DNA of 63,522 nt, counting the filler, from Hyphochytrium catenoides (lineage: Eukaryota > Protista > Hyphochytriomycota): NCBI GenBank assembly GCA_900088475.1. It is 15 parts of 15 records of this genome, joined end to end, with 100 filler letters (N's around TTAATTAATTAA, not from the genome) between each part and the next. Parts side by side here need not be neighbours in the genome. Positions count along the whole stretch, not along the records: positions 1 to 2,568 come from FLMG01000861.1; positions 2,669 to 7,781 come from FLMG01001438.1; positions 7,882 to 17,766 come from FLMG01001059.1; 12 more parts are not named here. One strand, written 5' to 3'. Under the pieces are notes generated by a model that made no database searches, was not told the origin of the DNA, and saw only the letters and a program-made list of their open reading frames with translations. This document shows positions 1-9,897 of the stretch, piece after piece (the stretch's first letter is position 1; every line of letters starts with the position of its first letter). The translations under genes and the position numbers were made by a program.

Positions 1-79
1 ACAAAGCACTCACATGTTTGACCAGTGCTTCCTTATACTTGCAAGCTCACCAGAAGCGCCACCAGCCATCATCACCATA

Positions 80-1480
80 GCCATGACGGAAGGACTACCC
101 ACTGCTGCGCAAAGTCCCTCAGGTGTGATCTGAAGGATCCCTTGTTGTTAAGCTTCCTCTTCCATGCACTAGCGGAGGTAAAGGAATCGAACTGGTTGAA
201 GAAGCCGTATCTCTAGATGTGCATTCATCAGGGCCGAGAGTATACCTGCAAGGAGGGACAAGATCATGGAGTCGATGTCCGCGGCACTAGGGAGAGGGAA
301 GAGCCGTCCTTTATGAAGGAACCTGATGAAGGTCAACGCCCTGGGCGTCAGTGACCGGAAGTCAACCTTGACATTTTTCAATATACGCGAAACAACGTCT
401 TGGCCATCTTTGACATTGTTCTAAGGTGAGACCACATATGGTACGAAGTCATGTGCCGGAGGAAGAAACCCTTGCCCCCGGTCCTTGATCTTCTCCTGCA
501 GAGAGGGGATGCCGTCAGCCAGCTTCCTTTGCAGAACCAGCGAGTGCTCGTCGACAGCATGTCCGTACTGCCCAGTCTGAAGCGGTGGTCTGCGACTAGA
601 GAACACCTCATCGCTTAAAGTAAACCATTACCGGCGGGTTGACGCTACACTGCAAACAACTTCTCTCTAGTTGTCCAACTTTTCCTTGTCGACATCCACA
701 ATGAGCGAGTCAAGATTTTCTTCATGCTAGCCACAACGGAGAGGGCATGAAATGCATCCCGTAACAGGTGCATGATGTAGACCTTGGCAACGATATGAGT
801 TGTCCCTACTACATCATCTGCAAAGTCTATGACGCTTTGAGGGCGCCTTTCAGCTTCGCCAACAGTATTAGGTGTAGTCATTGTCTTCACCTCAAGCACA
901 CAAGGAAGATGCCTTCCGCCCAGCATAGGGAAAGAGGGCTCAGCAATAAGTAAAGCAGCATCGATAGGAGTTGCTAGAGGGGTGCCTCTTCTAAACAATA
1001 GTCCTCGTTGAACTGTGTTACCAATAACGGAATACCCGCGACCATGTAAGCGAAAGTGCTCAAGTCACGCTCGTACCACTCGCTGCTCATTATTACTCTC
1101 TAGTTTTCATGTGCGTGGTCTGCTTCGGCTTCATGTACCATTTCTTCATCATCTCAGCCGCAATGTTAACGCTGGGGGTAGGCGGTGTCGTCAAGAGTGA
1201 TTGATAATGGCTTCTCTTGTCGTAAGGCGAGCCAGCGATATCCCTCTTTGTCTGGCCAGAGGCCGAAGATTTGGCACTCTTCGAGAGTACAGGCTCTCAC
1301 GCGATACCAGTTCGTTGGCGTTCCCAGCAGCGCTGCTTATCCCTAGATCAGTACTCTCTTCTGCTTGACTTTGAGAATCACCTTGAGACAGGTCCAAAAT
1401 GCTCTGGGCAATGGTGCTAGTGATCAGGCTCTTCCCCGACCGGATAATGTGCCAATCTGCTCCCTGTGCACAGTGAGGGC
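80..1480 (-). pseudogene. Decayed putative DNA-transposon ORF: YqaJ/lambda-exonuclease-like nuclease (with SAP/HeH-like insert) followed by a piggyBac-like C-terminal catalytic motif
   Basis: Manual minus-strand translation across frameshifts and stops gives, in order: AQGADWHIIRSGKSLITST (~1415-1470), LYSRRVPNLRPLARQRGISL (~1230-1290), KWYMKP..THMK/..NNEQRV (~1075-1145), GLLFRRGTPLATPIDA..LPCVLEVKT (~885-1005), YRCQGLHHA (~769-795), SP*NNVKDGQDVVSRILK (~375-430, in-frame TAG 421-423), LMNAHL/RYGFF..FRSHLRDFA (~105-230). Confidence 0.6.
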
Positions 1481-2568
1481 AGTCGAGGATGACCCGTGGG
1501 TGGCCTCCCTTGGAGAGTCAGTAAATTTCTCAGCTCATCATCCTACCATTGTAGTCGCCTTGCTCTCCGTGGGGCACTCTCCCTAGCCCGAGAAGGAGTT
1601 GCCCGACGCTGAGAGCTCAACAGGCGCCTAATGACCAGATACCCCTCGGGGCTAAAGAGATGTATATTTTTCAACGGCTTGCTCCTTGTCTGGAAGTGTT
1701 TTACGGCTTCGCCTGGCAGGTCGGTCTATCTATTTGTACCAGATAGTTCAGTGAAGATGATGTTGGCTTGGTTTTAACGTAGCTGCATCGTGGTCTCACG
1801 CCATCATCCAGCAGTCTTACAAGGTAAATAGCGGTCAGGCAAAGCAAAAGCCACGCTCGTTGTAGAGTTCCCACCGTTGGCATGGGAGAAAGGAGAGAGA
1901 GGGAGAGAGAGAGCAAGCATGACCAGAAATAAGAGAGGGAAAGACCGTGTGAAGGGATGAGTTTTTGATTGTTTCTGCTGCTTCGCTGGCTATAGCTACT
2001 TCCTAACCTGAGCTCAAGAGCTGAAATCCTCTTGAACTTCTCCATAACTATTGCGACGCTACACTTCGTTCCGGCTACGTTAGACGTATATCGTTTCAGG
2101 AGACCAGGCTCGGGGCTGATGATAGCACCGCGTTCTTCTCTTCTTTTATAAATAGTAATAGATAAATAGGCGAAAGGTAGCTCTTGGAGGCCAACAGCCT
2201 AGAAGGCCGAGGATTAAGCTCCATCTCTGATAGGCGGTGCTTGTTTAGTGATCTCCGGCGCCTTTCCCCAGAAGTAGTGCAGCGTGTGGAGCTGCTGACT
2301 TGGCGGTGAGGTGGTAAGAGCTCCAGTACTTTCTGCGATTGGTGAAGGTAACGCTGCCAAAGTGCTGCGTAACTCATCCACAGAGCTTCGAGTTGGGCAC
2401 CTCTCAGGGTGACTGTTGACTTTGTTGGACGAACCTGTATCCACGGAACCAGTAGCAGCTGCCGGGAATTTGGGTGCGGTACGGTCCTGCTGAGGAATAA
2501 CAGATTGTGATCGGGTAGTGAATGGTGCGTGTCCTGTCGGCGTTGCGGGCTTCATAAATGTTCGCACA

Positions 2569-2668
2569 NNNNNNNNNNNNNNNNNNNNNNNNNNNNNNNN
2601 NNNNNNNNNNNNTTAATTAATTAANNNNNNNNNNNNNNNNNNNNNNNNNNNNNNNNNNNNNNNNNNNN
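2569..2668. other. Artificial scaffold spacer (44N-TTAATTAATTAA-44N); first of 14
   Basis: Identical spacers at 2569-2668, 7782-7881, 17767-17866, 34791-34890, 36860-36959, 40269-40368, 41869-41968, 44405-44504, 47856-47955, 50270-50369, 51754-51853, 52898-52997, 54227-54326 and 59020-59119. The palindromic 12-mer places stop codons in all six frames. Confidence 0.98.
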
Positions 2669-5501
2669 GCCTTCACCTTCCCAGATTTGAGTTTTTGCAG
2701 AAAAGTGCTGAAGAGCCGCTACGAAATTCAATTGTAGAAACAGAGAATGAGAGAGGTATTCTTATTATAGGTTGTATAACGATAGAGATAGTGACAGAGT
2801 CAGACGAGGTATCTGGTTTTGTAAATGAGGCAATGCGAGGGGGGCAATGAGGACGAGGGTGTGCGACCAAAGTTGACTTTATATAAGTGAGAGACAGAGT
2901 ATAGCAAGGCATAGACAGATTGTCAGAATGCTAAGCTGTATAACTCACACTACAGTAGAGAGAGAGCACCGGAGAGGGGAGAGAGACCTAGATTTGGGGT
3001 ACAAGTACTCGTAATAAGAGAAACAAAGACTTCCAGATTAATAGTAAAATGGAACATAGAAGAAAGGGCAGGAGAAAGAGCGAACTGGCGGTGAGACAGC
3101 ACGCCTTTGAAATATGTCCTAATGTAGCTAAATGGGTACGTACGCTATAGCCAGATTGTTGGGTAGATATCTGCTATATCATGGAGATGGAGGCGCCTCC
3201 ATGAAGTGTGTGTTTCTCTCTGTTCGCTCCCACCCTCAGTGGCGTCAGTCTAGACTCACTCCTGTAGTAGTAAGTATTTCTATCTGGTCCAGTCGCCATA
3301 GCTTCATATATTAGGAATACCGCAGTAGTAATACAAAGGGGAAAGGGGGCTAGACATTCACGACAGGTCCAACTCTCCGTGTCCCTTCTAAATTGTAAAT
3401 GCAACCTGAAACCTTCACGCAGTTAGTTTCAATTACTCAAAGGTTCTCTCACATAATCAAACCCCGTATGGGAAAGAAGCAATGGTGAAATGTTGGTGAC
3501 CAATAAAATTCAATTCGTAGAACTTCATTTTTATCCGTAATTATTCTAAATAGACCCAATAAGTTGATGACTTTTGGACGATAATAACCCTTTCAAGAAC
3601 CTCACAGAACTCTTCTGAAAGTCTAGCCGTTATCGACCCTTAGCTTTGCTGTGTTTTGTGCGTGTGCAATTACGTCTCGTACTTGTAGGAACAATTGACA
3701 GCTGCAGCTGGCCGTTAGCAGTTGAAAGTCAAGGATAGTGCGATTATCACCAATCACCAAGCTCTGAAATTCGGAAATCCGTAAACAGAAGACCTGTTCC
3801 AAGAAACAAAAGAAAAAACTGAAAACGAGCGCTTGCCTCTTTTTCGTCTTCTTCTTCTCTGTCCTCGTTCTTTGCTTCGTGCTAGGAGATTATAGTCGTA
3901 GGAAACTTTGACCTTGGTGCGTTCTTCTTCGTCTTTCGCAATGAGCTGCCCGCCCCGCCTCATTATTAGTAGGTGGCCGATGAGGATGGAGTGGTGTTTG
4001 TCCCGCAGCCTCTCTACTGCTATTCTTGTTGTCTTCCCTTACTACCTCCTACTTATTACTCCTTGTCTCTCTTTTTATTATTTGATTTCCTCCTCCTCTT
4101 CTTATTCTTCAAACCGAAGTCCACTAGGTTATAAAATCTTTCACGAGTGCTCTTTGACTTACAGATATAACCAGCTAATAAGGCTAATGTCTAAGAATTA
4201 TCATGAGGAATATAAAATAAAGTAGTTCTTGTTTCTCGTTTTAGTCTTCGTGGTAGATATTAGGCATTTCTTCGTGTTCTTTGAGACAGTAGTCAATTAT
4301 TAGGAAACACTCTTACTACTTTTTGAGTTCTAATAAAGGCCATCAACATCAACTGCGGAAAAAAAAAGCTCTTATCAACTTCTCTAATAAAAATAGCCAT
4401 GATTTTTACGGAAGAAAGCTTCTTGCTGTTTCTTCTCCAATGATAAAGCAAAAATGCCAGAGGGAGAAGCCTCAACGACGCCAATGAAGCTAAGACGATG
4501 GCGCTCGTGGGAGGAGATTATTGAGTTCCAATGTACTAGAAGGAACTAGAAAAAAAACAAAGAGAAGGTGCTGCTCTGAAGCAAGAGAAGCTCTTATCAA
4601 GGAAGCAGAGTATGAAAGAAAGGAAAGTGCCTATCTGGTGATTCAATGCCCGATATCAGCAATAAATAAAGGTATCAAGTCAACCAGTGGTAAAAGCTGA
4701 ACCCACAAGAAGAAGGATGGTGCTGTAGGGAGACCGACTAGTGTTTGCCGTTGGACATCATGGAAGGCGACAGAGCAGATAACTAGCGTCACAGCCAGCA
4801 GCTCATCAACGAGAGCGTGGAAGGGATTCTTGCCGACCGAAAGCGAAAAGCAGAGCAACGCCCTCATTGGAGAATGGGAAAGGAATGGCAGCTTAGACAT
4901 AGAGAGACCATGAAGTAAGATAACCGCACATGACGAAGAGCATTCAACAGAGAAAATGTGTGGTCTTAATTAACGGAGGACCAGAGAAATCTTATCCCAC
5001 TAACAAATCACTCCAATGCGCTGCTCTTTCTTCTGTAAAAAAAATGGTCCTTCGTCAGACCACTTTTTCCATACTCTTCGCGACGACTTCACGGTTGGGC
5101 GGTCATTAAGAGCCCTGTCAGAAGAAGACGTACACTCGCTCTGGAACTCTCGCTAGGACTACCACAAATAAAAAGAGCAAGGGTCCATTTGCCTCTTGAG
5201 GGCCAAAAGGTGATGGCATTATCTTATTTAGCACATATAACAGCAGAAGATTATATATAGAGAGTTATCCTCGGCAAGGGGGAAGAGGGGGCGCAGGAGC
5301 TAGGGGAGCGAGTAGGGAAAGAGAGAACGACAACGTAGGAAGAAGAAGGTTCAGCTTCCGTTTCTTTCTCTCTCTCTCTCTCTTCCCTCGTTACTAAGCT
5401 CTTTCTGTGCACATTAACGGGCCTTCATCCTCCGCAAGGATTAAGCCGTAATGTCAAGAAAGGTGAACAGAGATCATGAGAGAGAGACAGAGGCAGTACT
5501 C

Positions 5502-6320
5502 TTAGTAGTTACGGAACAGCAAGGGGTTGTTAAACTTCCTGCTTCCGAGGATGGGGACATTCAAGAAGGGAATATACTTTTGCTCTCCTCCTTGAATGGT
5601 AGCGGTAGCACCAGCGGTAGAGCCAGTGGTCGAGCCAGCCGCCAGTTTGTTTGTCCCGCCTACTGCTCCTCCTGCTCCCTTCCCTCCAACCGCAACTGAG
5701 CTGTCGCCATTCTTAACGACAGTGACGGCCTCAGAGTCAGAAGTGCTCTTGACTACGTGGGTGGGAAGGGTGTTGGCGATTACGATGTTGGCCGTCTGTC
5801 CGCCTGCCGCTCCTCCTCCGGAGCCATGGGCTGTGCCTGCACCATCTTGTCTCTCTCCGCTGAAGAGACCAGAGGGCCCCTGGGCGCCAGCAGCAACCTG
5901 GACATTGGAGGATCCGGTTGATTCAGTTGCCTGGTCTCTTTGCAAGAGACCACTTCTGTCCGTGGTAGAGCTCTGAGCGTTATTTTGCTGGTTGCCGGTA
6001 GAATAACCAGAAGAATCAGGAGCGAAAGAGAGGGAAGAAGATGGTCCTGTCTCCATGGTCGTGGAACCAGAGGTAGCGCCGGAGCCATAAGAGGCTGAGA
6101 CCGGAGCGGGTGGGTTATACTCGAAGACCAGGTCATTCTTCACATCGTTGAACATCTGCCCAACGTCAGTGGCAGATAGGAAGCGACGACGGAGCATTTG
6201 AGGAGGAGGAGGAACTGGACGAGCGTCATCCACTCCTTCTGCTGCGGAAGCGAGCAGCGCGCTGCCAGAGCTAAAGAGAGCCAGAAGGAAGAAGGCCTGT
6301 GTGATTGTGGTTCTCGCCAT
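5502..6320 (-). CDS. Putative secreted/surface low-complexity Ser/Gly/Thr/Ala-rich protein (272 aa, intronless)
   Basis: Long non-microsatellite ORF. The ATG at 6320 is followed by a signal-peptide-like MARTTITQAFFLLALFSSGSALLASAA, then LRRRFL, S/G/T-rich tracts and a C-terminus ending KYIPFLNVPILGSRKFNNPLLFRNY. Confidence 0.65.
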   Translation of the reverse strand: MARTTITQAFFLLALFSSGSALLASAAEGVDDARPVPPPPQMLRRRFLSATDVGQMFNDVKNDLVFEYNPPAPVSASYGSGATSGSTTMETGPSSSLSFAPDSSGYSTGNQQNNAQSSTTDRSGLLQRDQATESTGSSNVQVAAGAQGPSGLFSGERQDGAGTAHGSGGGAAGGQTANIVIANTLPTHVVKSTSDSEAVTVVKNGDSSVAVGGKGAGGAVGGTNKLAAGSTTGSTAGATATIQGGEQKYIPFLNVPILGSRKFNNPLLFRNY

Positions 6321-7339
6321 GTTGAAAGTATGAAGAGAGAGAGGGACAGGTGTGTTATTAGGGGTGCGACTAGGGCGGAGTGGGTTGGCAGGACGGGGGT
6401 CCGATAGCACTCGCAAGGAAAATCGTGAAGTGCACCGTGGAAGGGAAGCGGGAGAAAACGTGGAAGAGAAAGGTAACAGGAGGGAGAGAGCGCGCGCTCA
6501 GCTTTGGGCAGGTGTTGCCAACCATCTCTAGAATACTTTGTATGGACATGAACTGCTTCTATAGCTGACTCTATGTAAGGGGACAGAAAGAATCAAGGTG
6601 ACGAGAGAGAGAGAGAGGAAAACGAGGGAAGAGAAAAGTAGGTTCAAAATAAGAAAGCGTCCTTAAGGTCAAATGCCTAAGATGCGTCATTAACGAGAAG
6701 AGGAGAGCGGAACAAGGGAGAATGCTCAGTCAAGAACAAGAGGAGGAAAGAATGCAAGAGCAAACAAGAACTGCGGGAGTAGAAAGAGAAGGAAAGATGC
6801 GGAGAGGGAGAAGACTCGATGCGGCAGCTGTTCAGTAAGACAAAAGCTCGCCGGTTATTTCTTGCCGTGTGCCCTTTCTTTGAAAGTAAGTCGAAAGCAA
6901 GAGCCGGAGCCAGCATGCTCCGAAAGCGGTGAGGAGAGTGGTGCAGAGGCAGCTGAAGAAAGAGAGAGACAGTTAGAGAAAGCTGAACAAGGAAAGTGCC
7001 AAAACATCTCCTGCCTAGCCTACAACGGAGTAAGTTCCAATAGTTCGTCTCTGTCTAACAGTGGTAGAACTAGTTCTAATAACAGTCTGTCGCTTGTCTG
7101 GTCTCTTCTCATTATTCTGACACTCTCTTCTTAGTTCCCTACCGTCTCCTCCTTTTCTATACATTTCTCGTCCGGTGACTCTCTCTTTGTTTATACCTTC
7201 CCTCTCTTTATTCTCTGAAATCTGCCTCTTTTGCGATTCTCTCTTGCTTTCTCGTTCGGTCTGTCTGGGTCTCTCTCTTTTGATGTCTGTCTCTCCCTCT
7301 GTCTCCATCTCTGCTCGCTGTTGGCTTCTTTTCTGTCTG

Positions 7340-7435
7340 TCTGTTACTCTCTTTTCCTTCCGCCTCTCTCTCTCTCTCTTCCTCTTCCTCTCTCCCTCTC
7401 TCTCTCTCTTCTTTCTCTCTTTCTATCTCTCTCTC

Positions 7436-7479
<44 letters not shown>

Positions 7480-7560
7480 CTCTCCGCTCCTGTAGCCCCC
7501 TCTCTCTCTCTCTTTGCCTCCGTCTCTTCCTGTCTCTCTTTCTCTCTCTCTCTCTCCTAA
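7340..7560. repeat. (CT)n/(AG)n microsatellite tract, representative of dozens in the window
   Basis: Direct reading. Similar tracts fill introns and intergenic DNA of contigs 3, 5, 8, 9 and 13-15 and sit at most contig ends and internal gaps. Confidence 0.95.
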
Positions 7561-8380
7561 GTTCAGATCTTAGACCACAAGTCAGGCACCTAGAAGTTGC
7601 TTCCACATGCTGGACGGAAGTTTCCTTGTCTGTGTGGAATGTGAGTGCCACTATCAGGAATGATTACCTTTTGGACCGTTCTGTTCAGTGATAACAACGT
7701 GTACAGTGTGAAACGGTAGTCGCATTTTTACAGTCTATTAGAACTATTATTTACAGTATTTTTTTACACAGCGCTTGAATCNNNNNNNNNNNNNNNNNNN
7801 NNNNNNNNNNNNNNNNNNNNNNNNNTTAATTAATTAANNNNNNNNNNNNNNNNNNNNNNNNNNNNNNNNNNNNNNNNNNNNCTCTCTCTCTCTCTCTTCT
7901 CTCTTCTTCTTTTTCTCCGTCACTCTTTCTTTCGATTCCTTTCTTTCTCTCTTCCCCGTGTTTCTTTCCTCTTATCTAATCTTCGAAGCCTTCTTCGTGC
8001 TCCTTTCTTCTATTAGACCTCTTTTAGATGAGAGAGAAGAAAGAGGAGAGAGAGAGAGAGATCCTTCGGTCCGTCTTCTGTCGTTTTCCTCACGTTTGAG
8101 GTGAAGAAGCTATCTCTTTTACCGCTGCTCTCTCTCTCTTTCCATATATTGCCCACTTCAATAAAACTTTTCTTCTCTCTCTCCCTTTATCTCTCTCTTT
8201 TCTCTTCTTCCACGTCGTCCCCTTGTAGAAGACAAAAGGAAAGAGACAAGGAGAAGAGAGAAAAAACAAACCACGAAAGGAATGGCCCTGCGGGAGAGAG
8301 AGGAGAGACAAGACAGCAGGTAGAGAGAAAAAAACTATTACGGGAAAGAGGCAGCACACTCCACGAAGAAGAAAGAAGAA

Positions 8381-8427
<47 letters not shown>

Positions 8428-9330
8428 GTCGCTTTAAAAAGAAAGAGGGAAGACGAAAGAGAAAGAGAGACGGCTTTAGAGAGCTAGTGAGATCATATTT
8501 TCAACGAGGAGTCATTGCCAGCAACAGGGGAAGTGATCGAAAAGAAGCAAGAGAGAGAGACAAGAAGAAAATAGAAAGAGAGAAAAAGAGAGGGAAAAGA
8601 GCGCGGAGGAGCGCATACAGAGCAAGAGGTGGCGGGAGAAAGCGCTGACTGATGTCTCTTCGTAGGGTCCAGGCCCCAAAAGATGAAAGCCGAGCGCAGG
8701 GAGAGAGAGGAGACTGAGAGCGAGCGACAGAGAGAAAGGAGGGGACAGAGAGAGGGAGAGANNNNNNNNNNNNNNNNNNNNNNNNNNNNNNNNNNNNNNN
8801 NNNNNNNNNNNNNNNNNGAGAGAGAGAGCAAGAGAGAGAGAGCGAGAGTCGAAGAGTAGGGGTGACAAAAATGAAACGGCGAGCTGACTATTCCTGATCA
8901 GCCCCACTAGAAACTTTTTTATTCTAAACAACAAATAATTGAATCAGAACGCTGCGTCTCGGAGAGAGCACCCCCTGGAGCGGATTCTGATGGCTTTTCT
9001 GGTGCAAACCCTTGTTGCCCCTGTGTAGCAGGACCTCGGCGGGCGCACTTTCTGGCTCTTCTTCCTCTTTTCATGGGTGAAATGTGTGCCGCTTTGGGAT
9101 TTAAGAAGCCATTTAGCCTTCTAGCCTCTTATCCGATCCTACGCCGTATGGTGCCTCAGACCTTACTGTTTGAAAGCAATTCCTACTTATAGATAAGCCG
9201 GTAAATAATAGAGCCTAGGCTTGAAACAAATCTGAACTTGTTCCTCCTCAAGGTGGTAAACAGCCAAGCGGATTGTATCTCGGGTTCTGGCTCCTTGAGC
9301 TTTCTCGTTTTTCCTCTCTCTTTCTCCGTC

Positions 9331-9373
<43 letters not shown>

Positions 9374-9897
9374 NNNNNNNNNNNNNNNNNNNNNCTCCCC
9401 CTCTCTCTCTCTCCCCCTCTCTCACTCCTGGTTGTTTGATAGCCCGTCCTCTTTCATTCCACCTCCTCCTTCCCCTGCCCACTGCCATCACTGCCTCACT
9501 TGCTCACTTTCCAACATCAGTTCTGCCGCCAGCAGCGGCATCGTAAGAGAGAAAGAGAAGAAGAGATAGTCGCGTGCAACGGGAAAGGTGCCTAGCTGAG
9601 AGGGAGAAAGAGAGAGAGAGAGCGAGAGAGAGGCGGAGGGGGAATCAGGAGAGAGAGAGAGGAGAGAAAGGAGAGAGAGGCGAGCCAGCGAGGAGGCCGA
9701 GATAGAACGAAGACAAAATCCTCGCAATAGGTCAGAGACACAGAGAGAAAAGCTAGTAGAAGGCAGAGGTAGAAAGAAGGAGAGAGAGAGAGAGTGCGAG
9801 AGAGGGAAGAGAGTTAGAGAAAGAGAGAGAGTGAGAGTGTGTGAGAGAGAGAGAGAGAGAGAGAGAAAAGAGAGAGAAAGAAAGAGAGAGGGAAACA

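Noticed and set aside
4230-4920. Possible decayed transposase remnant
   Set aside because: Coding-like composition, but no motif I can support.
5596-5976. 126-aa Pro/Ala-rich plus-strand ORF
   Set aside because: Antisense shadow of the 5502-6320 gene.
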